From contig CAVCUL010000002.1 of NCBI GenBank assembly GCA_963605415.1, forward strand, positions 169,231-233,230: a DNA stretch of 64,000 nt. The letters are read 5' to 3'. This DNA comes from a bacterium (GTDB lineage: Bacteria; Bacillota; Clostridia; Oscillospirales; Acutalibacteraceae). Every line of letters begins with the position of its first letter. Position 1 is the stretch's first letter. Shown here piece by piece: positions 24,957-34,561 of this stretch. Below the pieces are notes generated by a model. That model was not told where the DNA came from and searched no databases. It was given only the letters and a program-made list of their open reading frames with translations. Both the position numbers and the translations under genes were made by a program.

Positions 24957-26867
24957 TTAATTTTCTTTATGTGTATTGCCCTGCTCCGGGGGAGCCGGGT
25001 GGTAGTTGGGCACATAGCGCATCAGCACTGTGCGCACAGTCTCCGGTGTGATGTTCGCCAGATCCTCCAGCATGGTGGCAAAGCGTTCCTTGTCCACATC
25101 CATGGGCTGGGTGACAAAGATCTTTTCATTGGCGGTGCGCTGTCGGCTTTCCATCTCTTCTTCCATAGCCAGTTCCTCATAGAGCTTTTCGCCCGGGCGC
25201 AGGCCGGTGATCTTAATGGGTATTTCATCTTCCGTAAAGCCGGACAGGCGGATCAGGTTCTTAGCCAGATCCATAATTTTTACCGGCTCGCCCATATCCA
25301 GTACGAACACCTCGCCCCCCTGGGCCAAACCGCCGGCCTGGCACACCAGCTGGGCCGCCTCCGGTATGGTCATAAAGTAGCGGGTAATGTCCTTATGGGT
25401 CACGCACACCGGGCCGCCCTGGGCGATCTGGTGCTGGAAGATGGGGATAACGGAGCCGTGAGATCCCAGCACATTGCCAAAGCGCACGGCGGCGTAGCGG
25501 GTGTTTTGGCTCACGGCGTTCATATATTGTACGATGATCTCCGTCAGCCGCTTGGTGGCGCCCATCACATTGGTGGGGTTCACCGCCTTGTCGGTGGAGA
25601 GGATCACCATTTTAGGCACTTTGAATTTGTCTGCCGCTACGGCCACATTGTAGGTGCCGAACACATTGTTCTTTACCGCCTCGCAGGGAGACACCTCCAT
25701 CAGCGGCACATGCTTGTGGGCGGCGGCGTGGAATACCACATCCGGGTGAAATTCGGCAAACACCTCGTCTAACCGCTGAGGGTCCCGCACGGAGCCGATA
25801 CGCACATACACATCAATCTCGCCGTTATATTTTTCGTTGAGTGTATTGAACAGCTCAAAGGCGCAGTTCTCGTAAATGTCAAAAATAACGATTTTGTCCG
25901 GGCTGTACCGGGCCACCTGCATGCAGATCTCGGACCCGATGGAACCACCGCCGCCGGTGACCAAAATGGTCTTACCGATCAGGTAGCGGCAGATCTTTTT
26001 GTCCAGAGTTACCTCCGGACGGGACAGCAGGTCGGAAATTTCTACATTTCGGATCCGCTGGGCACCATTGCCGTTCTCCCAAAACTCCTGCACGGAGGGA
26101 GAGATCTTTACATTGGCATTGGTTTGCATGGCGAGATTTACCAGATGCTGGCGCCGCTCCGGTGCCGCAGAGGGAATGCAAAAGATGATTTCGTTGATGT
26201 TGTGCTTTTCTGCCAGGTGGGGCAGATCATCGCATTTGCCGACGATTTTTACGCCGTTGATACGCTTTCTGTACTTTGCAGGATTATCATCCAGCGCTGC
26301 CACCGGCCGTCCCTCTTTGAAGTGACCGATGCGCAGCTCGTCAATGATAAAGTTGCCCATAAATCCGGCACCCACAATCATAATGCGCTTTTGGCCGTCC
26401 CGGTGACCGCCCAGATTGTGCACATATCGGCGCAGAATACGGTAGCCGATCCGGGGGATCAGCGTGGCAACGAACATCAGCACAAAAAAGAGAATATAGG
26501 CGTAGTAGGGCAGGTAACCCTTGGTATGCAGCAGGGTGCCGAACAAGAGCCGATCGCAGAAGATCAGCTGTACCGCATTGAGCAGCGAGGAAAGAAAGCT
26601 CTTGACGATCTCGTCCGACCCGGCAAAGTACCACACGCTGCGGTACAGGCCAAAGGCGGAGTTGATCTCTACCAGCAGCACGCTGGTGAGCCCAAAGTGC
26701 AGGTAGTTGAAGATCATATTCTTGTAGTCGGTGGCCAGAATGTGGCCGTTCATGGTCAGATAGCAGATGCTGCAGTTTGCCAGGGCAAAGAGCATAATAT
26801 CCAGCACACACAGCATGGCGCGGCGCAGCAACGCATTCAGATTGGCGTTGTTTTTTGTTTGCTTCAT
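24957..26867 (-). CDS. membrane-bound nucleotide-sugar 4,6-dehydratase/epimerase (CapD/PglF/WbpM family)
   Basis: ORF 24957..26963(-) trimmed to ATG 26867. Four to five N-terminal TM helices. Two Rossmann motifs (IMIVGAGFMG, VTGGGGSIGSE). Confidence 0.85.
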   Translation of the reverse strand: MKQTKNNANLNALLRRAMLCVLDIMLFALANCSICYLTMNGHILATDYKNMIFNYLHFGLTSVLLVEINSAFGLYRSVWYFAGSDEIVKSFLSSLLNAVQLIFCDRLLFGTLLHTKGYLPYYAYILFFVLMFVATLIPRIGYRILRRYVHNLGGHRDGQKRIMIVGAGFMGNFIIDELRIGHFKEGRPVAALDDNPAKYRKRINGVKIVGKCDDLPHLAEKHNINEIIFCIPSAAPERRQHLVNLAMQTNANVKISPSVQEFWENGNGAQRIRNVEISDLLSRPEVTLDKKICRYLIGKTILVTGGGGSIGSEICMQVARYSPDKIVIFDIYENCAFELFNTLNEKYNGEIDVYVRIGSVRDPQRLDEVFAEFHPDVVFHAAAHKHVPLMEVSPCEAVKNNVFGTYNVAVAADKFKVPKMVILSTDKAVNPTNVMGATKRLTEIIVQYMNAVSQNTRYAAVRFGNVLGSHGSVIPIFQHQIAQGGPVCVTHKDITRYFMTIPEAAQLVCQAGGLAQGGEVFVLDMGEPVKIMDLAKNLIRLSGFTEDEIPIKITGLRPGEKLYEELAMEEEMESRQRTANEKIFVTQPMDVDKERFATMLEDLANITPETVRTVLMRYVPNYHPAPPEQGNTHKEN

Positions 26868-27071
26868 TTTACAATTCCTATTCCTTAACTTCCATCCGCA
26901 GATGGGTTCTAATTTTACATACATACTAATTTTACAACAAGATTTGCCACAATGCAACTGCATTTATCGTTTTTTTGTGTGGCGTTTCCGTTCAATATAA
27001 TGCAAAAGGCACCAGTTGGCGATTATTGAGCGGTGCAGTCAGGTTTTGACAGCTGTTTTGGCAAAAAGTGG

Positions 27072-27100
27072 TTGAATTGCCATGCGCTCTGCGGTAAAAT
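27072..27100 (+). promoter_or_regulatory. candidate promoter of the serine-hydrolase gene
   Basis: TTGAAT (27072-27077), 17 nt, TAAAAT (27095-27100). Confidence 0.45.
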
Positions 27101-27145
27101 AAAACTATACAGGGCGTAATTGCCTAATATAAGGGGGATACGATT

Positions 27146-28732
27146 ATGGAAAAATTAAAGGACTGCCAGCTGCAGCATGTGACGCCGGAGGAAGTGGGCG
27201 TAAAAAGCAGCGCAGTTACCGCGTTCATTGACGAGATTAACGAGAAGCACTTAGGGCTGCAGAGCTTTACCTTTGTGCGCCACGACAAGGTGTTTGCCCA
27301 GTGCTTTTGGAAGCCCTATGGCCCGGATACGCCCCATGTGCTCTATTCCATGAGCAAGAGCGTGACCTCCACCGCCGTGGGCTTTTGCGTGGCAGAGGGG
27401 CTGCTGAGCCTGGACGATAAGGTGTACAAATTCTTTCCGGAGTATAAGGTGCACGGGATGCAGAATAAGGCGCTGACGGTGCGTATGCTGCTGACCATGC
27501 GCTCCGACAAGCTGATTACCGTGTTTGAAGAAAAGGGCAACACCGACTGGATTAAAAACTATTTTTCTGCGCCGTTTTTGGCCCCGCCGGACACCCGGTT
27601 CAATTACATCAGCGAGAATACCTCCATGCTCTCCGCCATTGTGTCCAAGGTCACCGGCATGTCCATGGTGGACTATCTCTATCCCCGTATGTTCCAGCCT
27701 CTGGGCATTGAAAAGCCCTTCTGGGAGGCGGACGGCCGGGGCAACAATGCCGGCGGCTGGGGTCTGTATATGAAGAGCGAGGATCTGGCCAAGTTCTTCC
27801 TGCCCTATCTGCACGGGGGTAAGTACAAGGACGGCACCCAGCTGGTGCCTGCCGAATGGGTGGCCCAGGCCACGGCCAAGCAAACCCCCTCGGTGTCTGA
27901 CGGCTATATTGATAATATGTGCGGCTACGGCTTCCAATTTTGGCGCAATCCGCTGCCCAACAGCTACCGCTGTGATGGCCTTTTCGGTCAGCGCTGTTTC
28001 TTCCTGCCGGAGTATGACGCCATGATGGTGCTCAACTGTGGCCAGTCCGAGGACTATAAGATTATGAAGGTGTTTTGGAAGCACTTCCCGGAGGCCTTTG
28101 GCCCGGAGGCACTGCCTGCGGACCCGCAGGGCCAGGCGGCGCTGCAACAGGCGGTGGACGCCTGCGCCGTGGAGGACCTGCCTGCCACGCCTCGGAATAC
28201 TGAAATGGAGCAGAAGATCGGCGGCCGGTTGATGACCTGCAAAACCTCGGAGTTTACTTCTGTGGTGTCCATTTCCGTTACCCAAATGCTGTATCGCAAG
28301 CCGGGCAAGATCAACGCCATGCGCTTTGAATTCACCCCGGAGGGCGCCCGCTTCTATTGGCGGGAGAAGGATTATGAAAACACCATCACCGTGGGTATGG
28401 ACGGTAGCTACGGCGTGTCGCCTATGGTGCTGGGGGATCTGCATTATACCGCCTATTCCAAGGCGGCCTGGCAGCCGGACGGCAGCTTAAAATTGTGGAT
28501 CCGCCCGGTAGAGACCGCCCACGAACGGCGCTTTACCTTCCGCTTTCACCCGGACGGCACCGTACGGGTAAAGAACGAGATGGAGCCTAAGTTTGAGGAT
28601 CTGGTAATTTATAACTTTGTGTTCCTGGGGCTTCCCCTGCCCAATACCGGCAGCGAGAATTTTGTGAAGCAGGCGGTGCACCGCCTGGGTCTGCCGCTGA
28701 TTGAGCCGGACTTTACCGCAAAGCTGCAATAA
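27146..28732 (+). CDS. serine hydrolase, beta-lactamase/transpeptidase-like (class C/esterase family) with C-terminal extra domain
   Basis: 528-aa ORF with AAGGGGGA RBS. SxxK active-site motif (YSMSKSVTS). Confidence 0.8.
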   Translation: MEKLKDCQLQHVTPEEVGVKSSAVTAFIDEINEKHLGLQSFTFVRHDKVFAQCFWKPYGPDTPHVLYSMSKSVTSTAVGFCVAEGLLSLDDKVYKFFPEYKVHGMQNKALTVRMLLTMRSDKLITVFEEKGNTDWIKNYFSAPFLAPPDTRFNYISENTSMLSAIVSKVTGMSMVDYLYPRMFQPLGIEKPFWEADGRGNNAGGWGLYMKSEDLAKFFLPYLHGGKYKDGTQLVPAEWVAQATAKQTPSVSDGYIDNMCGYGFQFWRNPLPNSYRCDGLFGQRCFFLPEYDAMMVLNCGQSEDYKIMKVFWKHFPEAFGPEALPADPQGQAALQQAVDACAVEDLPATPRNTEMEQKIGGRLMTCKTSEFTSVVSISVTQMLYRKPGKINAMRFEFTPEGARFYWREKDYENTITVGMDGSYGVSPMVLGDLHYTAYSKAAWQPDGSLKLWIRPVETAHERRFTFRFHPDGTVRVKNEMEPKFEDLVIYNFVFLGLPLPNTGSENFVKQAVHRLGLPLIEPDFTAKLQ

Positions 28733-28867
28733 AACACACAAATAACAGTTGCCGGCAGACCATATGAATGATAACCGAACGACACCGAAATTGGCTTGAA
28801 CATTCTGCTCAGGCCAATTTTTTATGGCCTCCAATTTCTTTACCAATGTGCATTTTGCAAAATCATG

Positions 28868-28876
28868 TGGTATAAT
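28868..28876 (+). promoter_or_regulatory. extended -10 promoter element upstream of the ArsR pseudogene
   Basis: TGgTATAAT at 28868-28876. No convincing -35 element. Confidence 0.4.
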
Positions 28877-28969
28877 GGTTTTAGTACTTAAACAAAAGGA
28901 AAATGCGATTTGGCAAGCGGCATTGCCAACCGGCGTACCGTACAGCGGGATTGAGAAAGGAAAGCAGCC

Positions 28970-29332
28970 ATGAAAAAATTATTTGAAAAGGAAGTGGATA
29001 AACTGGCCGCTGACTTTGCGGATTGCAGAAAGGTGCTTACGGCAATAGGAGATGAAACAAGGCAGCATATCATTTTGGAAATGCTGAAAATGAGCGATTG
29101 CAGCGGTGTTCGTGTGGGTGAGATTACGGAAAGGACCAATTTGTCCCGCCCGGCCGTTTCGCATCATTTGCAAATCCTGAAAGAAGCCGGTATATGAAAA
29201 GTGCGCAAAGAGGGCACAAAAAATTATTATTTTGATCCGGATATGAAAATGCTGCGGCAGGTGGATGAGGCGTTAAGGCTGATTATAACGATAACAAAGC
29301 TGTTGCCGGACAGGAGCGGAGAAAATGGGTAA
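28970..29332 (+). pseudogene. ArsR/SmtB-family transcriptional regulator interrupted by an in-frame TGA
   Basis: ORF 28970..29197 ends ...RPAVSHHLQILKEAGI-TGA. The same frame continues KVRKEGTKNYYFDPDMKML...GENG to TAA 29330-29332. The stop falls inside the conserved wing (..EAG-hydrophobic-x-x-RKEG..YY). Confidence 0.75.
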
Positions 29333-29713
29333 AATACAGGTTTACATTTTTCATACAGGCAAAGTGCGTGTGGACAGGGCCATCCCCTTGCGCTGACCGG
29401 AATATTTCGCAGTAAGAAAAAGCAAATGATACTTCCGGTGTCGGCTTATCTCATCAAGCACCCAAAAGGAAATGTGTTGATTGATACGGGTTGGGACACG
29501 AAATATGCGCATAAAAAGCCGACGCAATGGTTTGGAATGGTTAATCAAATCAGCGCACCGATTATTAGAGAAAATGAGGGTATCGCCAGCAAATTAAAGT
29601 CCGTAGGCTTATCGCCGAAGGATATTTCACATATATTTATTAGACACATGGATTTTGGCATTGTAAAATACCATTTCGAAGCGGGTTCCGGCCAAAAAGT
29701 AAGCGGTAAGTAA
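29325..29713 (+). pseudogene. MBL-fold metallo-hydrolase (AHL-lactonase-like) remnant, frameshifted and 3'-truncated
   Basis: Frame 1 reads MGKIQVYIFHTGKVRVDRAIPLR-stop. Another frame continues LALTGIFRSKKKQMILPVSAYLIKHPKGNVLIDTGWD... (ORF 29426..29713). It diverges right after HMDF, where the metal-binding HxHxDH-type motif should continue. Confidence 0.7.
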
Positions 29714-29728
29714 TGGGGAGAAAAGGAA

Positions 29729-29938
29729 ATGAGATGGATACTTGAACTTTCATGGCTTTGGAAGATACTGGGCATTCTTTTTTTATCTGTGCTTTTGTGT
29801 GAGGGCGCCACAGCCTTGATCTGCAAAGGTTTGAAAAAGCAATTTGGTGCAAAAGCAGCCGTTTTCACTGCGGTGTTGGCGGCTGTTGCAGCGGTTGTTG
29901 CGGTGGTGTGCCTTTCACGGATGCCTGCACTGATCTGA
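29729..29938 (+). CDS. possible small membrane protein (two hydrophobic segments)
   Basis: 69-aa ORF with a weak RBS (AAAGGAAATG), inside the low-GC decay islet. No family recognised. Confidence 0.25.
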   Translation: MRWILELSWLWKILGILFLSVLLCEGATALICKGLKKQFGAKAAVFTAVLAAVAAVVAVVCLSRMPALI

Positions 29939-29980
29939 GAAAGGATGGTCGGCTGATTTAGCCGAATTATCCATAGTCTG

Positions 29981-30010
29981 AAAGCCCTTTTTAGGGCTTT
30001 CCTGCTTTTT
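29981..30010 (+). terminator. candidate intrinsic terminator
   Basis: AAAGCCC TTTTTA GGGCTTT hairpin, then CCTGCTTTTT. Confidence 0.5.
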
Positions 30011-30078
30011 AACTGCAGATATGGACAAACGGTGGAAAATACAGTAAAATATAGATATAAACAGATGATTTTTGCAGC

Positions 30079-30438
30079 GTGGTGTCCGTTTGCATTTTTC
30101 TGTTTGCCAAGGGGCTGATGGGCCTGTTTGTGGACAGCGGCGAAGGGGCGATCATCACCGCCGGTGTGCAGTACCTGCGCATAGAGGGCGCCGCCTATGT
30201 GGGGATCGGCGTGCTGTTTTTGTGGTACGGCTATTTCCGCGGGGTGGAGCGGCCAAAGGTGTCGCTGCTGCTAACGGTGGTGTCCCTGGGCACCCGGGTG
30301 GCTTTGGCTTATGCGCTGGCGCCCCACACGGCGCTGGGGGTGGTGGCCATTTGGCTGTCCATTCCCATCGGTTGGGTGCTGGCAGATCTGCTGGGGCTGG
30401 CGCTGTACCGCCCCACGGTAAAACGATTGGAACAATAA
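30079..30438 (+). pseudogene. 3' fragment of a MATE-family efflux transporter (last ~3 TM helices only)
   Basis: 119-aa ORF. ...AGVQYLRIEGAAYVGIGVLFLWYGYFRGVERP...IWLSIPIGWVLADLLGL resembles MATE C-termini. The ~330 N-terminal residues are absent, and the upstream sequence is an unrelated AT-rich spacer. Confidence 0.65.
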
Positions 30439-30460
30439 CTGCAAAACAGGAGGTAACGGT

Positions 30461-31270
30461 ATGGAATTGGCAAATCAGGTGGAGATCCCCGTTCTGGGGC
30501 TGGGGGTGTACAAAATGGCTGCCGGGGCGGAGATGAACGCCGCTATCGGTGCAGCCTATGCCGCCGGGTATCGGCTGTTTGACACGGCCCAGATGTACGG
30601 CAATGAGGCGGCGCTGGGGGAGGCATTGCAGGTAAACGGCATTCCCCGCAAAGAGGTGTTCCTCATCAGCAAGGTGGATAACGGCAACCAGTGGTATCAG
30701 CCCACCTTGGACAGCTTTGAGCAGAGCCTGGAACGGCTGCAAACGGATTATTTGGACGCCTTTCTCGTCCACTGGCCGGGGCAGGACAAGGCCCGCACGC
30801 TGTCCACCTGGCAGGCTATGGAGAAGCTGTATGCAGACGGCAAGGTGCGCAGCATTGGGGTGTGCAATTTTGAACAGTCCCAGCTGGAGTATTTGCTCTC
30901 TCACTGCCGGATAGCGCCTATGCTGGATCAGATCGAGCACACGCCCTTGCAGCACAACCGGGCGCTGCTGGACTATTGTGGCGAAAAGAAGATCAAGGTG
31001 ATGGCATGGGCACCGCTGCTGCGTGGGGATTTTGACCACCCGGTGATCCAAAACCTGGCTCGAAAGTACGGCAAGACCCCGGCGCAAATTCTGCTGCGCT
31101 GGAATGTACAGCAGGGGATTATTCCCATTCCAAAGTCCAAGAACCCCGCCCGCCTGGCGGAGAATATCGCCGTGTTCGATTTTGCACTGGAGGAGGAAGA
31201 TATGGCTGCACTGAGCGGTATGAACCAAAATCGCCGCACCAGCCACGATCCGCTGACCTTCGATTTTTGA
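30461..31270 (+). CDS. aldo/keto reductase (2,5-diketo-D-gluconate reductase-like)
   Basis: 269-aa ORF with GGAGGTAACGGT RBS. LGLGVYK, DTAQMYGNE, LVHWP and IPKS motifs. Confidence 0.9.
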   Translation: MELANQVEIPVLGLGVYKMAAGAEMNAAIGAAYAAGYRLFDTAQMYGNEAALGEALQVNGIPRKEVFLISKVDNGNQWYQPTLDSFEQSLERLQTDYLDAFLVHWPGQDKARTLSTWQAMEKLYADGKVRSIGVCNFEQSQLEYLLSHCRIAPMLDQIEHTPLQHNRALLDYCGEKKIKVMAWAPLLRGDFDHPVIQNLARKYGKTPAQILLRWNVQQGIIPIPKSKNPARLAENIAVFDFALEEEDMAALSGMNQNRRTSHDPLTFDF

Positions 31271-31281
31271 TTTATACCGGC

Positions 31282-31320
31282 AAAAAGCGTGCTGCACCCG
31301 GGTGTGTGGCACGCTTTTTG
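31282..31320 (+). terminator. intrinsic terminator after the AKR gene
   Basis: AGCGTGC ... GCACGCT stem flanked by AAAAA and TTTTT. Confidence 0.7.
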
Positions 31321-31335
31321 CTGCTTTGGCAGGAC

Positions 31336-31364
31336 TTGACTACCGGGCAAAAAATGAGTATAAT
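31336..31364 (+). promoter_or_regulatory. sigma-70-type promoter of ilvD
   Basis: TTGACT (31336-31341), 17 nt, TATAAT (31359-31364). Confidence 0.65.
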
Positions 31365-31414
31365 AAGGCGAATACGATGTTGTAAATCCACAAACAATTT
31401 TTAGGAGTGATAAT

Positions 31415-33076
31415 ATGCGTTCTGATTTGATCAAAGAGGGACCCAGCAGAGCCCCCCACCGTTCGTTGCTGCGTGCACTGGGTATTGATGATCTGGAGAT
31501 GAAGCGGCCGTTTGTTGCCGTGGTGAACTCCAAGAGCGATTATATTCCCGGCCATATGCACCTGGACAAGATTGCCGAGCAGGTAAAGGCGGGTATCCGT
31601 AACGCCGGCGGCGTGCCTTTTGAGTTTAACACCATCGGTGTATGCGACGGCATCGCCATGAACCACAAGGGCATGAAGTATTCTCTGTGCTCCCGTGAGC
31701 TGATTGCAGACAGCATTGAGGTTATGCTCACCGCCCACCCGCTGGACGCCATTGTGTTTATCCCCAACTGCGACAAGATCGTGCCCGGTATGCTGCTGGC
31801 TGCTTGTCGGCTGAACTTACCCTGTATCTTCATCAGCGGCGGTCCCATGCTGCCCGGCAAGAGCGCAGTTACCGGCGGGCGCATTGGCCTGTCCGAACAG
31901 TTTGAGTATGTGGGCGCCAATGCGGTTGGCAAAATGAGCGACCAGATTTTGGAGAGCTGTGCCAATACCGCCTGCCCCACCTGCGGCAGCTGCTCCGGCA
32001 TGTATACCGCCAATTCCATGAACTGCCTGACGGAGACCATCGGTATGTCCCTGCCCGGCTCCGGCACCATTCCGGCTGTGATGAGTGCCCGTTTGCGCCT
32101 GGCTAAGGAAGCCGGTGAGCGAGTAATGGACCTGCTGAAAGAGGACATCAAGCCCTCAGATATTATTACGGAAAAGGCCATTGAGAATGCCATGCGTACG
32201 GATATGGCCATCGGCTGCTCCACCAACACCATTTTACATTTGACGGCCATTGCCCACGCGGCAGGCCATGATATTGATCTGGCCCGACTGGACGCTTACG
32301 GCAGAAAGACACCCCAGATCTGCAAACTGAACCCGGCGTCCTCCGTGTTTATTACGGATCTGAACGATGTGGGTGGCATTTCCGCAGTGATGAAAGAGCT
32401 GGCCAAGGGCGGTATGATCAATACGGATTGCCTGACCGTCAGCGGCACCGTACAGGATCGGCTGGACGCTGCGCCGGACGCCGACGGCGAGATCATTCAC
32501 ACCCTGGAGGCACCGTTCTCCGCAGATGGCGGTATTGCTGTGCTGACCGGCAACCTGGCAGAAGACGGCGCTGTGGTGAAGAAGGGCGCCGTTGCACCGG
32601 AGATGATGCAGCATAAAGGCCCGGCCAAGTGCTATAATTCAGAAGAAGAGGCCATTGCGGCCATTACCGGCGGCAAGGTGGTTGCCGGTGATGTGGTGGT
32701 CATTCGCTATGAGGGCCCCAAGGGCGGCCCCGGTATGCGTGAGATGTTGTCTCCCACCTCTGCCATTATCGGTATGGGGCTGGGCTCCTCCGTTGCGCTG
32801 CTGACGGACGGCCGGTTCTCCGGCGCCACCCGCGGCGCTTCCATCGGCCATGTGAGCCCGGAGGCGGCCATGGGCGGCACCATCGCTCTGGTACAGGACG
32901 GCGATATGATCGAAATTGATATTCCTGCGCGCGTGCTGCGGGTAGATGTGTCTGACGAGGAGCTGGCCCAGCGCAAGGCCACCTGGCAGCCGCCGGAGCA
33001 GCACCTGACCGGCTACCTGAAGCGGTATGCCCAGCATGTGACCAGCGGCGCTAAGGGCGCAGTATTTGAGGACTGA
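31415..33076 (+). CDS. ilvD: dihydroxy-acid dehydratase
   Basis: 553-aa [24 protein letters not shown]..., [17 protein letters not shown], and the [17 protein letters not shown] Fe-S cluster motif. Confidence 0.95.
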   Translation: MRSDLIKEGPSRAPHRSLLRALGIDDLEMKRPFVAVVNSKSDYIPGHMHLDKIAEQVKAGIRNAGGVPFEFNTIGVCDGIAMNHKGMKYSLCSRELIADSIEVMLTAHPLDAIVFIPNCDKIVPGMLLAACRLNLPCIFISGGPMLPGKSAVTGGRIGLSEQFEYVGANAVGKMSDQILESCANTACPTCGSCSGMYTANSMNCLTETIGMSLPGSGTIPAVMSARLRLAKEAGERVMDLLKEDIKPSDIITEKAIENAMRTDMAIGCSTNTILHLTAIAHAAGHDIDLARLDAYGRKTPQICKLNPASSVFITDLNDVGGISAVMKELAKGGMINTDCLTVSGTVQDRLDAAPDADGEIIHTLEAPFSADGGIAVLTGNLAEDGAVVKKGAVAPEMMQHKGPAKCYNSEEEAIAAITGGKVVAGDVVVIRYEGPKGGPGMREMLSPTSAIIGMGLGSSVALLTDGRFSGATRGASIGHVSPEAAMGGTIALVQDGDMIEIDIPARVLRVDVSDEELAQRKATWQPPEQHLTGYLKRYAQHVTSGAKGAVFED

Positions 33077-33078
33077 GT

Positions 33079-33750
33079 ATGAAAAAGGACGGGACGACCG
33101 GTAAAGCACACACACTGCTGCGCCACGGCTTGGTGGTGCTGGTGTTTGTGCTGGCTGCTGTATTGGTATGTGTGCCGGCCTGGGTGCTGGGCGGACGCTA
33201 TACCGTGTCTGCTGTACACGATGTGCAGGCCAAGCTGCCCCGGGCAGACAGCGATTTGCAGCTGACGGAGCAGTATAATCCGCAGCCGGATACCTTTGGC
33301 GTTGTGGAGGCTTCCGCAGTGACCGGCGGTATGCACTTCGGACGGCTGGAATGTAGCCGCGTTGGGTTGGATTGTGCGGTATACTACGGTGCCAATCGGG
33401 TGTGCCTGCGTGCCGGTGCGGCTGCGTCTACGGCCTATAGCCTGCCGGGCTACGGTAAGTCTACCGTGGTGACCGGCTATAATACCACAGTGTTTCAGAA
33501 TTTAGGACAGCTGAAAAAGGATGATTTGGTGGAATTCTCCACCAATTGGGGGCATTTCTCCTACCGGGTGACGGACCGTCAGGTGCTTACCTCGGATGCG
33601 TCTGTGGATGTGTCTGTGGTGGATAAGGAGAAGTTAATTCTCTTTTGCACTTATCCACAATCGCCCTTTGGCAACCTGGAGGACAAGCGACTGTATGTCT
33701 TTTGCGAAAAGGCCTCCGGTCCGGCAGTGGAGGTGAGCACCAATGCCTAA
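33079..33750 (+). CDS. sortase-fold membrane-anchored protein with Tyr at the catalytic His position
   Basis: 223-aa ORF starting 2 nt after the ilvD stop. One N-terminal TM helix. VVTGYNTTVFQNLGQLKKDDLVEF...YRVTD...KLILFCTYP...KRLYVFCEK aligns with the sortase pattern (i)aGH..F..L..GD......Y.V....LTLxTC....R. Cys and Arg are kept; His is Tyr. Confidence 0.65.
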   Translation: MKKDGTTGKAHTLLRHGLVVLVFVLAAVLVCVPAWVLGGRYTVSAVHDVQAKLPRADSDLQLTEQYNPQPDTFGVVEASAVTGGMHFGRLECSRVGLDCAVYYGANRVCLRAGAAASTAYSLPGYGKSTVVTGYNTTVFQNLGQLKKDDLVEFSTNWGHFSYRVTDRQVLTSDASVDVSVVDKEKLILFCTYPQSPFGNLEDKRLYVFCEKASGPAVEVSTNA

Positions 33751-34561
33751 GATCAAAAAATGCAACAGACGCGCTTGTTGCAGTGCCTTTTTGTTGTTCG
33801 TATTTACAGGTGTCCTGACTTTGTCTCTGCTGGTGGGCACGCTGTTTGGCAATCCGGCCTTTATGGTCCGCTGCCTGATCGGCGACACTTATGTAGATGG
33901 CCTCTATACGGAGGTTCATCAATATGCGGCAGATCTGTGTTTGGAATACGGCCTGGATACGGCCGTGGCGGACGCGGTTACCAAAGACGGCGTGCGCACG
34001 GCGGTGCAGACCTATGCCACGGGTATGCTACAGAGTAAGGATCGCTCGGCAAAATTGACACCGGCGCTCCAAGAGGTGCGCACCGCATTCGAAACGGCTG
34101 CAGCCGAGGTTGCAGCCAGTGCCACAACGGCGCAGGTGCAGGACTTTGGCAAGGCGTTTGCCGATTATATGGGCGAGCGTATGGCGCTGGTGTTTGCGGC
34201 GGATTTGCAGAGCTTTGCATATTTCAGTACCCGGGCGTCTGCGGTGGGGGGCGTGATCGCCTGCTGCGGCGTAGTGTTGGCTCTGTGGCTTTTACGGCGC
34301 AGCGGTGCCGCAAATGGCCTGCAGCGTTTGCTGGCGGCAGACGGTATTTGTGCTGCCGGGTTGGTGACGGTGCTGTGCGCTGTGGTGATGCTGGTGGTGC
34401 TCCACCAAAAGGACCTGTATATTTTCCCCGCCTATCTTTGTGCAGCTGCAACCCGGTACATGACCGGCTGGCTGTATGTTTGCCTGGGCTCCGGTGGCCT
34501 GCTACTGGTTGTCTCCGGGCTGGTTGCCTTTTTGAGCAAGGACAAGAACTGTAAAGGATGA
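33743..34561 (+). CDS. polytopic membrane protein, family not recognised
   Basis: 272-aa ORF with GGAGGTGA RBS; 8-nt overlap with the previous gene. One N-terminal TM helix, an ~130-aa Ala-rich helical region, then three to four C-terminal TM helices. Confidence 0.75.
   Translation: MPKIKKCNRRACCSAFLLFVFTGVLTLSLLVGTLFGNPAFMVRCLIGDTYVDGLYTEVHQYAADLCLEYGLDTAVADAVTKDGVRTAVQTYATGMLQSKDRSAKLTPALQEVRTAFETAAAEVAASATTAQVQDFGKAFADYMGERMALVFAADLQSFAYFSTRASAVGGVIACCGVVLALWLLRRSGAANGLQRLLAADGICAAGLVTVLCAVVMLVVLHQKDLYIFPAYLCAAATRYMTGWLYVCLGSGGLLLVVSGLVAFLSKDKNCKG

Noticed and set aside
29195-29197. In-frame TGA in the ArsR gene as selenocysteine, programmed read-through or a genetic-code variant.
   Set aside because: TGA is used as an ordinary stop by many confidently called genes in this window (for example ilvD, hypF and echA). 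No SECIS-like hairpin follows immediately. The position is a hydrophobic core residue in the family, and the adjacent gene is also degraded. A nonsense mutation is the simpler explanation.
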